A stretch of 64,000 nucleotides of DNA from an uncultured Candidatus Saccharibacteria bacterium (GTDB lineage Bacteria > Patescibacteriota > Doudnabacteria > UBA920). Within the stretch, counting starts at the first letter, position 1. Each line of letters begins with the position of its first letter. A model generated the notes under the pieces. The model saw only the letters and a program-made list of their open reading frames with translations. It was not told the DNA's origin and did no database searches. Location of the stretch: positions 55,502 to 119,501 of the forward strand of contig CAZHER010000001.1 of NCBI GenBank assembly GCA_964532005.1. Reading direction: 5' to 3'. The position numbers were made by a program, and so were the translations under genes. This document shows positions 36,380-46,294 of this stretch, in pieces.

Positions 36380-36916
36380 ATGAGATATTTGATTTATACA
36401 GCAGTTATTATAGTTAATTTTGTTTTGGCCAAAGATCTTTTTGGACATTTTACCTTTGCCGGCGCAATTCCCAACTTAAATCTGCTTCTGATTATAATAA
36501 CTGCAAGCGAATCCGAAAAACTTGATTTTTTGTTTATTTCGGTTATCGCCGGACTTATTACTGACATTGGTTTTGGTTTGCCTATAGGTACTTTTTCTTT
36601 GGGGTTTTTGTTGACCGGGCTCCTGGTCTATTATCTTTTTCATGGTCCTTTATCGATCAGTCTTAGTTGGAAAAATTTTGGTTTGGTGGCAGTAGCAGGT
36701 GTTGTATTTACATATCTTTGGACCGTAACATTTAGCAAGTTAGCCATGATAATGGGGGTACTACCGTTTTCTTTTTCTTATGCGCAGTTCACAAAATTGA
36801 TCTTTTTTATTGTTTTATATAATCTGACATTGGCTTTTCCCATGTTCCTTACCTATGCTTATATAACCAGCAGAATTGATTCGAGATCAGTCAAGAAATC
36901 GCAGTATATATCATAA
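36380..36916 (+). CDS. mreD: rod shape-determining protein MreD-like polytopic membrane protein
   Basis: Hydrophobic 178-aa protein between mreC and PBP2. Confidence 0.55.
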   Translation: MRYLIYTAVIIVNFVLAKDLFGHFTFAGAIPNLNLLLIIITASESEKLDFLFISVIAGLITDIGFGLPIGTFSLGFLLTGLLVYYLFHGPLSISLSWKNFGLVAVAGVVFTYLWTVTFSKLAMIMGVLPFSFSYAQFTKLIFFIVLYNLTLAFPMFLTYAYITSRIDSRSVKKSQYIS

Positions 36917-36918
36917 CC

Positions 36919-38892
36919 ATGACGCACGACGACCCATTTGAAATTTACCAAGATGCAAAAACCCGACCCCGGGCCGGCCGGAGTTTAGATTGGGAAGAAT
37001 CTGCACTGGATTCCGAAAGCGAAGTCGAAGGATTTGTCAATAATCAGGCAGAAGGGCAGAGTTCTCGCAGGTCAGCTTGGTCTTTGTATGCCGGAATTAC
37101 AGCAGTATGTTTCATACTTGTTGCCAAGCTATTTAGTCTCCAGATAGTGCAAGGTGAGCATATGCGCGAATTGGCAGAAGGCAACCGACTCCGCAACAGG
37201 ATTATATTAGCCCCACGGGGATATATCACCGATCGGACCGGTTCGGTCATTGCCCGAAATACGGCTAGTTTTAGTTTGGTGGCAATTCCAGCCGATTTGC
37301 CAAAAGAGGGTTGGCGCGATGAAGTTGAAAAATTGTCCATACTCCTGCCGATAAACAAAGATGAGGTCATTCAAAAATTGGACAACGCAGATAAAAGATC
37401 TCTGCAGCCAATACCGTTGAAGCAAGATTTGTCCCAAGAACAAAGTATTTTGTTCCAAACCAGGGCTAATGAATTTTATGGATTTTCCGTTGAGAGCATA
37501 CCGATTCGCGAATACCCAAATCCTTTAGTGTTCTCCCATTTACTAGGTTATACTGGAATAATTTCTCCTGAAGAATTGGCTGAAAAAAAAGACAAGGACT
37601 ATGTTTTGAACGACTTTATTGGCAAGTCAGGGATTGAACTAACGTACGAGGACTATATCCGCGGAACTAACGGAGTAACTCAAACTGAAGTTGATGCGAC
37701 CGGCAAGTCAGTAAAAGTTATTGGCACCAATGACCCCAAGCCCGGAAATACCGTTGTTCTGAACATAAACCAAGGATTACAAGAAGCTTTGTATCAAGCG
37801 TTTCAGAAAATTTCCCCCAATGCTAAAGGTGCGGCTGTTGCAATGAATCCAAAAACAGGGGAAGTTTTAGCTTATTTATCACTGCCAGGATATGATAATA
37901 ATTTGTTTGCTCCCGGAATTTCCACCGCAGACTACCAAAAATTAACTAATGATCCAGCTTTGCCTTTGTTTAACCGGCCTATTGCGGGAACATATCCGCC
38001 CGGTTCAACAGTCAAACCAATGGTTGCCGCCGCTGTATTGCAGGAAAAAATCGTTACCGAAAATACAGTAATTGTAGACAAAGGATCTTTGGTCATCCCG
38101 AACCAATTTAATCCCAATATTAATTACACTTTTCGTGGTTGGAATTTGGCAGGGCTAGGACCAATGACCGTCCGCAGTGCAATTGCAAAAAGTAGCGACA
38201 TATATTTTTATACCGTGACCGGCGGACACTATTCCAGCTCCATAAAGGGACTTGGCGCAGAAAAGTTGGCTGAGTATTACAGAAAGTTTAATTTGGGCCA
38301 GCCAACCGGAATAGATTTAAAAGGAGAAAAAAGTGGGCTTGTTGCAGATCCAACATGGAAACAGCGCTATTTCAAGGATGATGCAGTAATGTCTAAGTGG
38401 TATTTGGGAGACACATATCACATTGGCATAGGACAAGGGGATATGTTGGTTACTCCGATGCAGGCGACATTATGGACATCTACAATTGCCAATAATGGTC
38501 AAGGTATGAAACCGGTCTTGATCCGGCAAGTGACCGACAGTAAAGGCAATATTATTTTTAAATTTTCCCCGCAAGTAATTTCCAATCCGGGCATTGAACC
38601 TGCATATATGAAAATAGTTCAAGAAGGGATGAGAGAAACTGTAACATCAGGTTCGGGGAGATCTTTAGACTCCTTGTCGGTCCCGGTTGCCGGAAAAACA
38701 GGAACATCACAATTCGACGGATCAGATCCTAGCCGAACCCATGCTTGGTTCGTATCTTATGCTCCGTATAACGATCCTAAAATTGTTTTGACTGTGCTTG
38801 TGGAAGCTGGCGGCGGCGGCGACACAGCAGCTGTTCCAATTGCCAAACAAGCCTACTCATGGTGCATACAAAATAATTGTTTTGATAAATAA
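36919..38892 (+). CDS. mrdA: penicillin-binding protein 2 (peptidoglycan D,D-transpeptidase)
   Basis: N-terminal TM, PBP dimerisation domain, and the transpeptidase motifs STVKP, SSD and KTGT. Confidence 0.85.
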   Translation: MTHDDPFEIYQDAKTRPRAGRSLDWEESALDSESEVEGFVNNQAEGQSSRRSAWSLYAGITAVCFILVAKLFSLQIVQGEHMRELAEGNRLRNRIILAPRGYITDRTGSVIARNTASFSLVAIPADLPKEGWRDEVEKLSILLPINKDEVIQKLDNADKRSLQPIPLKQDLSQEQSILFQTRANEFYGFSVESIPIREYPNPLVFSHLLGYTGIISPEELAEKKDKDYVLNDFIGKSGIELTYEDYIRGTNGVTQTEVDATGKSVKVIGTNDPKPGNTVVLNINQGLQEALYQAFQKISPNAKGAAVAMNPKTGEVLAYLSLPGYDNNLFAPGISTADYQKLTNDPALPLFNRPIAGTYPPGSTVKPMVAAAVLQEKIVTENTVIVDKGSLVIPNQFNPNINYTFRGWNLAGLGPMTVRSAIAKSSDIYFYTVTGGHYSSSIKGLGAEKLAEYYRKFNLGQPTGIDLKGEKSGLVADPTWKQRYFKDDAVMSKWYLGDTYHIGIGQGDMLVTPMQATLWTSTIANNGQGMKPVLIRQVTDSKGNIIFKFSPQVISNPGIEPAYMKIVQEGMRETVTSGSGRSLDSLSVPVAGKTGTSQFDGSDPSRTHAWFVSYAPYNDPKIVLTVLVEAGGGGDTAAVPIAKQAYSWCIQNNCFDK

Positions 38893-38899
38893 TTTAGCA

Positions 38900-39739
38900 A
38901 TGGAATTAATTAACGGCCGAAAAATAGCAAAGCAAATTTACGAAACCTTTCCATCTCGGTTGAGCCGGCTTGGTTTTGTTCCGGTTTTGGCAGATATCAT
39001 AGTGGGGAATGATCCGGTTTCCATGTCTTATGTAAAAATAAAAAACCGGACCGCGAAAGCCCACGGCCTAGGTTTTCATACCGAGCACCTGCCAATAGAT
39101 TCAGCGCTTGAGCAGATACAAGACTCAATCCGCCGTATCCAAAATGACAATCAGGTATCGGGTTTGATAGTTCAGCTGCCTTTACCAAGCACAGTGGATC
39201 AAAACGTTGCTTTGGACATTATCGATCCTGACATAGACGTAGACTGCATTGGACCAAAGATGAACCAAATGTTTTACGACAATAAGTCCCCTTGGCTTCC
39301 ACCTACCGCAGGGGCAATCTGGGAAATTCTACAAAGCTTACCCAATGACTTCAGTAATAAAAAAATTGGTGTTGTCGGACAAGGAGAGTTGGTTGGCAAG
39401 CCGATTACGCATTTATTGCGTCAGGCCGAGTGCAATGTTGTAGTGGCAACCCAGTTGGATACTGACCTAAAAAGCGTTATAGACACCTGCGACATTGTAA
39501 TTTCCGGTACGGGCAAGGGAGGTCTTATTACAGGAGAGATGCTAAAGCCAGGAGTTGTTCTTATCGATGCAGGTACTTCTGAGTCGGGGAGTAGTATTGT
39601 TGGGGATGTAGACAGCGCATCGGTGGGCCAAATTGCTGCTATGTTGTCTCCGGTCCCAGGCGGCGTTGGTCCGGTAACAGTTGCCAAATTATTGGATAAT
39701 GTAATTGCTGCTGCCGAAAAAAAGTTCCAAAAAAATTAG
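38900..39739 (+). CDS. folD: bifunctional methylenetetrahydrofolate dehydrogenase/cyclohydrolase
   Basis: FolD catalytic and NAD(P)-binding regions (GVVGQGELVGKP). Start taken at the ATG at 38900, since the track ORF overlaps mrdA. Confidence 0.8.
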   Translation: MELINGRKIAKQIYETFPSRLSRLGFVPVLADIIVGNDPVSMSYVKIKNRTAKAHGLGFHTEHLPIDSALEQIQDSIRRIQNDNQVSGLIVQLPLPSTVDQNVALDIIDPDIDVDCIGPKMNQMFYDNKSPWLPPTAGAIWEILQSLPNDFSNKKIGVVGQGELVGKPITHLLRQAECNVVVATQLDTDLKSVIDTCDIVISGTGKGGLITGEMLKPGVVLIDAGTSESGSSIVGDVDSASVGQIAAMLSPVPGGVGPVTVAKLLDNVIAAAEKKFQKN

Positions 39740-39813
39740 ATTAAAACAACAGTCCCGCCACGACTGTTGACATATTGTAAATTTTCCTTATACTTAACCC
39801 CAGACTTAACATA

Positions 39814-40281
39814 TTGAACATGAATAAAAAATATTTACTTACCCAAGAAGGATTGGTCAAACTGAACGAAGAATTGAAGCATTTGGTTAATGATAAGAGA
39901 AAAGAAGTAATTGAAAGAATTCGCGAAGCAGTGGCTCACGGTGACTTGTCTGAGAATGCTGACTATGCTCAGGCTCGCGAAGAGCAGTCATTTATAGAAG
40001 GCCGCATTGAAGAAATAGAGGACATGATCAAAAATGCAGAAATTATCAGTACTAGTCAAAAGCACAATGCAGTAAGTATTGGTTCAACGATCAAGGTAAA
40101 AGTAGAAGGGGAACAGAAAGAGTACACCATTGTGGGAACGAATGAAGCCAATCCCATGGAAGGCAAGATTTCCAATGAATCTTTGGTAGGCAGCGCCTTG
40201 TTAGGTAAAAGGGTAGGAGACAAAGCTATTGTACAAACCCCGGCAGGAGACAAAGAGTACGAAATAGTGAGTATTGGCTAG
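39814..40281 (+). CDS. greA: transcription elongation factor GreA
   Basis: 155 aa with an N-terminal coiled coil bearing acidic tip residues and a C-terminal FKBP-like domain. Confidence 0.85.
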   Translation: MNMNKKYLLTQEGLVKLNEELKHLVNDKRKEVIERIREAVAHGDLSENADYAQAREEQSFIEGRIEEIEDMIKNAEIISTSQKHNAVSIGSTIKVKVEGEQKEYTIVGTNEANPMEGKISNESLVGSALLGKRVGDKAIVQTPAGDKEYEIVSIG

Positions 40282-40297
40282 CTAAAAATAACAAAAT

Positions 40298-40320
40298 AAC
40301 CGCCCTTTTGGGCGGTTTTA
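40298..40320 (+). terminator. rho-independent terminator
   Basis: aaccgccc-tttt-gggcggtt followed by a T-run. Confidence 0.75.
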
Positions 40321-40447
40321 ATATTGAAAATTTACACACATATATCATATATTATAGCAGATTTTTGATATTTTGTCAAGCATGTCAAAAATCAATAAAT
40401 TTGGTATAATTATAGGTACTAAATCCTAATTTTTTGAATTTTTATTT

Positions 40448-41935
40448 ATGAACGACAGGCTTGAAGATATTGTTTCGTTCCGTCGTAAAAAACTGGAAAA
40501 TTTTGTGGCTGCTGGGCACAATCCATTCCCTTCAACTACTAAACGAACCCATACAAACCAACAGGTGCAAGACAGCTTTGATAGTTTGGAGAGCTCCAAA
40601 GCTTCTGTTACCGTTGTCGGCAGAATTCGCAGTTTGCGGAATATTGGCAAGCTTTGCTTCGTAAGTATTGAGGACGGTACTGGTCGTATTCAAACTTTGG
40701 TGAAGTCAGATGTTGTCGGCGATGAAAAGTTTAATTTCTTTGTGGATAATTTTGACATTGGCGATTTTGTAGAATTTACAGGAACCTTGTTTGTAACTAA
40801 GACCGGAGAAAAAACCGTCCAAGTTGCTGACTATGCTGTTTTAGCAAAATCGCTCTTACCGCTTCCTTCAGAACATTACGGCTTGGAAGATTTAGAACAG
40901 AAATTGCGGAAGCGCTATTTAGATATTTTGTTAAACCCAGAAAATAAAGAATTGTTTGTTAGGAAGAACAAGTTCTGGTCTTCCATGCGTCAGTTTTTAG
41001 TTTCAAAAGGATTTTTAGAATTGGAAATGCCAGTTCTGGAGCCAACCCCAGGTGGTGCTGAGGCAGAGCCGTTTGTTACCCATCACAATGCTTTGGATCG
41101 CGATTTTTTCCTCCGCATTTCCTTGGAGCTGCCTTTAAAAAAAATGCTGGTGGCGGGGTATGAAAAAGTTTTTGAAATCGGACGAATTTTTCGGAACGAA
41201 GGTATTTCCACAACTCACTTACAAGACTACACGCAAATGGAATTTTATTGGGCTTACGGCGATTTTCAAAAACTTATGGACTTTGTCCGAGATATGTACC
41301 AATATGTCATTCAGGAAACTTTTGGCAGTTTGCAGATTACTTCTGGCGGCGCAACCGTGGATTGGAGCGGTGAATGGAGCAAAGTCGACTACATTGCTTT
41401 GTTCAAAGAGCATACGGGAATTGACTTGGAAACTGCGGGAGATGATGAGTTGAAAAAGTATGCTGACACCCAAGGGATTAAGTATGAAAATTTTGCCCGC
41501 CGTGGCAGATTGATAGATTTGATTTTCAAAAAGGTGCGCGGCAACATTCCAACAGGCAAGCCGGTTTTTTTGATAAACCAGCCTATTGAGCTTGAGCCGC
41601 TAGCCAAGCGCGATCCTAATAACCCCAAGGTTGTCCAGAGAATGCAGATTATTGCTTACGGTACAGAATTAGGCAAGGGGTTTGGTGAGTTGAATGACCC
41701 TATTGACCAGAGGAAACGGTTTGAAGAACAAATGGAGCTGCGTGCGGCCGGAGACAGCGAAGCCCAGCAACTTGATGAAGATTATGTTGAAGCTATGGAA
41801 TACGGAATGCCACCAGCAGCTGGATTTGGTTTGAGCGAACGTTTGTTTGCCGTGTTGGCCGATCGGTCCATTCGTGAGACAGTAATTTTCCCGCCAATGA
41901 AGGCGGAATCGAAGCCAGAAGGGACCGAGAACTAA
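40448..41935 (+). CDS. lysS: lysyl-tRNA synthetase, class II
   Basis: N-terminal OB anticodon-binding domain. Class II motifs 1-3 (FRNEG, GFGLSERL). Confidence 0.9.
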   Translation: MNDRLEDIVSFRRKKLENFVAAGHNPFPSTTKRTHTNQQVQDSFDSLESSKASVTVVGRIRSLRNIGKLCFVSIEDGTGRIQTLVKSDVVGDEKFNFFVDNFDIGDFVEFTGTLFVTKTGEKTVQVADYAVLAKSLLPLPSEHYGLEDLEQKLRKRYLDILLNPENKELFVRKNKFWSSMRQFLVSKGFLELEMPVLEPTPGGAEAEPFVTHHNALDRDFFLRISLELPLKKMLVAGYEKVFEIGRIFRNEGISTTHLQDYTQMEFYWAYGDFQKLMDFVRDMYQYVIQETFGSLQITSGGATVDWSGEWSKVDYIALFKEHTGIDLETAGDDELKKYADTQGIKYENFARRGRLIDLIFKKVRGNIPTGKPVFLINQPIELEPLAKRDPNNPKVVQRMQIIAYGTELGKGFGELNDPIDQRKRFEEQMELRAAGDSEAQQLDEDYVEAMEYGMPPAAGFGLSERLFAVLADRSIRETVIFPPMKAESKPEGTEN

Positions 41936-41955
41936 GGAAATTAATTTTTTACAAA

Positions 41956-43305
41956 ATGTTGGACATAAAATTCATCAGGGAAAATGCTGAACTGGTCAAG
42001 AAAGCCATTACAGATAAAAGGGTAAATTTGGATTTGGATCAGTTGCTAGAAATTGACCAGCGTCGAAGAGCTTTAATGGCAGAAACCGAAACTTTGCAGG
42101 CAACAAAAAATGCTGTATCAAAAGAGATTCCAAATCTTGGCGAGGAAGAGCGCAAGGTAAAGATTTTGGAGATGAAGGAAGTTGATTCGAAACAGGAACT
42201 TTTGAATTCGCAGTTAAAAGAAGTTGATGTAGAATTTCAAAATCTGATGTTGTTGGTACCAAATATACCTTCGCCGTTGGTACCGGTTGGGGCGGATGAT
42301 ACCGCAAACGTTCCTTATACATACTGGTCTCCGGCTCTGGGTTCGATAGACGCAAAAGACGAATCTAAAGTTTCAGAAGTCCCGTCTAAGTTTGAATTTG
42401 AAGTCAAAGACCATGTTGAGCTGGGGAAAAATCTTGATCTTATCGATACTGAAAGAGGTGTAGAAACTTCCGGTTTCCGTGGTTATTATCTGAAAAACGA
42501 AGCAGTGCTAATGCAGTACGGTCTGCTTTGGCATGCCTTGAAAAAACTTCAGGAAAAAGGATTTACTTTGATGGTACCTCCTGTTTTAGTGAGGGAACAC
42601 GCTTTGGTTGGCAGCGGCCATTTTCCAACAGGCAAGGAGGAAATCTATCGGGCAGGCAATGCTGCCGCTTTTGAAGAAGAAGCCACCAAAGAGCCTATAT
42701 ACTTGGCGGGAACTTCTGAGCCTTCGTTGCTCGCGTATTACAAAGACATGGTACTTGACGAGTCCCAGCTGCCAATTCAGGTTTGTGGCATAACCCCATG
42801 CTATAGAAGTGAAATTGGTAGTTACGGCAAAGATACCAAAGGAATTTATAGGATTCATGAGTTTATGAAAGTTGAGCAGATGATTGTGTGCAAAGCGGAC
42901 GTTGCCGAGTCTGACGAGTGGTTGGAAAAATTGCGTGAAATAAGCCAAGAAATTTTGCAGGATCTAAAATTGCCCCACCGAGTTTTAAGTATTTGTACTG
43001 GCGACATGGGCGCTGGGAAATACAAAATGTATGATATTGAAACATGGATGCCTTCACGCGGAAGCTATGGCGAGACTCACAGTGATTCAAATCTTACCGA
43101 CTGGCAGTCAAGGCGGTTGAATATTCGCTATAAAGATAAGGAAGGGAATATTAAATTTGCTTACACATTAAACAACACAGCTATTGCCAGCCCGCGCATT
43201 CTTATTCCAATATTGGAAAATTATCAGCAAGCTGATGGGAGTGTGGTGGTGCCGGAAATTTTGAGACAGTATGTAGGCAAAGATGTAATTGTTCCGGTGA
43301 AATAA
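41956..43305 (+). CDS. serS: seryl-tRNA synthetase
   Basis: N-terminal coiled-coil arm and a class II core. Confidence 0.9.
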   Translation: MLDIKFIRENAELVKKAITDKRVNLDLDQLLEIDQRRRALMAETETLQATKNAVSKEIPNLGEEERKVKILEMKEVDSKQELLNSQLKEVDVEFQNLMLLVPNIPSPLVPVGADDTANVPYTYWSPALGSIDAKDESKVSEVPSKFEFEVKDHVELGKNLDLIDTERGVETSGFRGYYLKNEAVLMQYGLLWHALKKLQEKGFTLMVPPVLVREHALVGSGHFPTGKEEIYRAGNAAAFEEEATKEPIYLAGTSEPSLLAYYKDMVLDESQLPIQVCGITPCYRSEIGSYGKDTKGIYRIHEFMKVEQMIVCKADVAESDEWLEKLREISQEILQDLKLPHRVLSICTGDMGAGKYKMYDIETWMPSRGSYGETHSDSNLTDWQSRRLNIRYKDKEGNIKFAYTLNNTAIASPRILIPILENYQQADGSVVVPEILRQYVGKDVIVPVK

Positions 43306-43314
43306 TAATTGTAA

Positions 43315-44589
43315 ATGAATCAATTTTTGAAACAAAAATTAAAAAGCTATTTGGGTACGTTAACGAGAAGAATTATTGCCAAGTATAACCCCAAGATAGT
43401 TGGCATAACTGGAAGCGTAGGCAAAACTTCTACTAAAGAAGCTGTATATGTTGCTTTGAATCAAAAGTTCAGAGTTAGAAAGACAGAGCGAAATTATAAC
43501 AACGAGTTTGGGTTGCCGTTGACGGTAATAGGCGCGTCCAGCCCCGAGGGGAGTGCTTTAAAATGGATTTATGTTCTAGCCAAAGCCGTATCCTTGGTTT
43601 TGGTCAATCAAAAGTATCCGGATATTCTGGTTCTTGAGATGGGGATAGATCGCCCCAATGATATGGATTACCTAGTTTCTTTGGCCAGGCCGAATGTAGC
43701 AGTAGTTACTACAATCGGAATGTCCCACTACCAGTTTTTCAGTAATCTTGCTGAGATAGAACACGAAAAAGGCAAGATTGTAGAGGCGGTGGACCAAGCC
43801 GGGTTCGTAGTTTTGAATGCGGACAATGAGCCAGCGTTGAGACAGCGCAGCAAAACTCAAGCAAAAGTTATTACTTATGGACGTGATATTGAAGCCTCTG
43901 TAGTTTTGGATAGTTTTGTTGAGAATTTAGACAGCAAAGTTTCAACTCGTCTGGTTGTTAAATATGGCGGCGAGAGAAGCGAGATTGATATTCCTGCCGT
44001 AGGGGAAACCCATATTTCCGCAGTGCTTGCAGGAATAGCAGTTGCTAAGATTTTGGGTGTAGAGCAAAGCTTGCTTGCCAAAGGTATGTTGAATTATAGA
44101 CCAGCCCCGAGTCGCCTTAATGTGATCGGCGGTATTAAACATTCGGTCATTATTGACGACAGTTATAACGCAGCCCCTGATTCTATGAGAGAGGCTTTAG
44201 GTCTGTTGAAAAGAATGCCTCATGATCATAAGATGGCCGTTTTAGGAAGCATGCTTGAATTGGGTGGGATGTCAGAACAAGAGCACGTGAAAGTTGGAAA
44301 AGTGGTGGCAGAAATAAAACCAGACCATTTAATTACCATCGGGGAAGAAGGGAAAATTATTGCCGATAGCGCCAAAAGCTCTGGCATGGATTCAAATAGG
44401 GTTTTGGAATTTGATACTGCAGATGAAGCTCGTAAGACCGTGCAGAATTTGCTGGAGCCAGATTCGGTAATTTTGGTTAAGGGGTCACAGGGTGTGAGAA
44501 TGGAAAAAATTGTAACAGAAATTATGGCTGAACCGATGCGCGCCGGCGAATTAGTATGCCGTCAATACGGCGCATGGTTAAAAAGATAA
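43315..44589 (+). CDS. murF: UDP-N-acetylmuramoyl-tripeptide--D-alanyl-D-alanine ligase (Mur ligase family)
   Basis: Mur ligase P-loop GITGSVGKTSTKE. MurF-like N-terminal domain. Confidence 0.8.
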   Translation: MNQFLKQKLKSYLGTLTRRIIAKYNPKIVGITGSVGKTSTKEAVYVALNQKFRVRKTERNYNNEFGLPLTVIGASSPEGSALKWIYVLAKAVSLVLVNQKYPDILVLEMGIDRPNDMDYLVSLARPNVAVVTTIGMSHYQFFSNLAEIEHEKGKIVEAVDQAGFVVLNADNEPALRQRSKTQAKVITYGRDIEASVVLDSFVENLDSKVSTRLVVKYGGERSEIDIPAVGETHISAVLAGIAVAKILGVEQSLLAKGMLNYRPAPSRLNVIGGIKHSVIIDDSYNAAPDSMREALGLLKRMPHDHKMAVLGSMLELGGMSEQEHVKVGKVVAEIKPDHLITIGEEGKIIADSAKSSGMDSNRVLEFDTADEARKTVQNLLEPDSVILVKGSQGVRMEKIVTEIMAEPMRAGELVCRQYGAWLKR

Positions 44590-44592
44590 AGC

Positions 44593-45597
44593 ATGGAAAG
44601 AAGACGGTTGGATCCCAGAGCAAGATTTCAGCATGCGCATTTTACCCGCAAGCTCCAAAAAGCCAGAAATTACAAAAGAAATAATAGACCTAGATCCGAG
44701 GATAGATTGCAGGCCGGACTTCAAAAGATAGGCTTGGCAGGCTTGGCAACGCAAATTGGGTTGGCGGGGCTTTTGATTTTTTTGTGTTATGTGTTGTACG
44801 TTCCCAACCCTTTATTTGTAAGAAAAGTATATTTTGAGGGGATGAGTATACAGCATCAGACCGCAGCAGAAAACAGCGTCAAAAAATATTTTCTGCAAAA
44901 GCCTTGGTACAACCCGTCTTTTAACATGCTGTTTATCAACCAAAACAGCTTGGCAAATTTCGTGGCCAAGGAAGTGCCAGTTGTTTCTAAAATTGAAAAA
45001 ATTGATAAAAATTGGAAGGAGCGAACTATTGAAGTTGAGATCATCGAAAAATACGAGAGATACCTGGTTGTTAGACCGGAAGACAGGCTGGTACTGTACA
45101 ACGACGGTACTGTTGCGGGAAGTTTAGGAAAATTGGAAGGTGATTTACCTCAAAGCGGTTCGGTTGTGTCGGTAAGTGTGAATGACAGAAGCAAGGTAGA
45201 TATATCATCGCAATATTTCGATCAGAATATAATTGATTTTATAGAAAATTCTGCCGTCATGCTTCCTGAGTATACTGGACAAAATTTTATGTACTTCAAA
45301 GTGTTTTTGTCAGATCAGGAGCAAGGCGAATCTAATGAATTCTTCAAACTTTGGAATAAAGCAGCTTTGGAGGCGGTTTTGGCCAAAAAGCCGGAAGCAG
45401 GCAAAAGCAATCCTGCCGTGATGAGAATAGTTTTAGAGCCTGGTTTGGATCTTGCGTCTACAGCTGAGAGGCTGAAATTGCTATTGGAACAAACCACACC
45501 GGACAGGTACAGAAATATTTTGTATGTTGATATGCGTTTGCAAAATCGAGCATATTTGTGTTTAATTAATACTCCATGCGATAGTTCTAATCCTTAA
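44593..45597 (+). CDS. FtsQ/DivIB-like cell division protein (single TM + POTRA-like region)
   Basis: Basic N-terminus, one TM helix (LAGLLIFLCYVLYV), an extracytoplasmic domain, and a position immediately after murF. Confidence 0.4.
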   Translation: MERRRLDPRARFQHAHFTRKLQKARNYKRNNRPRSEDRLQAGLQKIGLAGLATQIGLAGLLIFLCYVLYVPNPLFVRKVYFEGMSIQHQTAAENSVKKYFLQKPWYNPSFNMLFINQNSLANFVAKEVPVVSKIEKIDKNWKERTIEVEIIEKYERYLVVRPEDRLVLYNDGTVAGSLGKLEGDLPQSGSVVSVSVNDRSKVDISSQYFDQNIIDFIENSAVMLPEYTGQNFMYFKVFLSDQEQGESNEFFKLWNKAALEAVLAKKPEAGKSNPAVMRIVLEPGLDLASTAERLKLLLEQTTPDRYRNILYVDMRLQNRAYLCLINTPCDSSNP

Positions 45598-45605
45598 ATA
45601 ATTTT

Positions 45606-46292
45606 ATGAAAAAAGAAACTTTTGTCCTATCGGTCGGCGGATCGGTTTTGGTTCCCAATGAAATAAACAATAAGTTCTTGAAAAGTTTTTTGGCTTTAAT
45701 CCGTCAGCAGGTGAAAAAGGGTAACCGTTTTATTTTGGTTGTGGGTGGCGGAGCGCCGGCAAGAAATTATCAAAATGCTCTCAAGTCGAGCATAAAGCCG
45801 GATAAGAGTGTACTTGATTGGATGGGCATTGCCGCAACCCATCTCAATGCCAATTTGATGCGTCATGCGTTGGGTGAACTGGCGGAAAAAGCCATAGTAA
45901 CAAATCCAGAAAAGCCTGGAAAAATGAATCGACCGGTGTTGGTTTCTGGAGGATGGAAACCAGGACGCAGTACAGACTACGAAGCTGTGATGTTGGCGGA
46001 TCATTTTGGTGCTTCGACAATAATAAATATGAGCAATATTGATTATGTGTATGATAAGGATCCAAGGAAGTTTAAAAACGCTAAAAAAATCCAGCTTATT
46101 GATTGGAGCTCATTTCAAAGAATTGTTGGTACTAAGTGGAACCCTGGAGCAAATGTGCCTTTTGATCCGACTGCAACAAAATACGCCAAAGCAAGAAACC
46201 AGAAGGTTATTATCTTAAATGGCAATGACATTCAAAATTTGGCGTTAGCTTTGAGCGGAAAAGGTAAATTTAAGGGAACGGTCGTAGCTTAG
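45606..46292 (+). CDS. pyrH: UMP kinase, archaeal-type (amino acid kinase family)
   Basis: SVGGSVLVP and VVGGGAPARNY motifs. The ~228-aa length matches archaeal-type PyrH rather than the ~240-aa bacterial type. Confidence 0.7.
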   Translation: MKKETFVLSVGGSVLVPNEINNKFLKSFLALIRQQVKKGNRFILVVGGGAPARNYQNALKSSIKPDKSVLDWMGIAATHLNANLMRHALGELAEKAIVTNPEKPGKMNRPVLVSGGWKPGRSTDYEAVMLADHFGASTIINMSNIDYVYDKDPRKFKNAKKIQLIDWSSFQRIVGTKWNPGANVPFDPTATKYAKARNQKVIILNGNDIQNLALALSGKGKFKGTVVA

Positions 46293-46294
46293 TT

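Noticed and set aside
38798-38899. 5' extension of the folD ORF overlapping the end of mrdA
   Set aside because: The internal ATG at 38900 directly follows the mrdA stop and begins the conserved FolD N-terminus (MELINGRKIAKQI...). The upstream extension lies inside PBP2 coding sequence.
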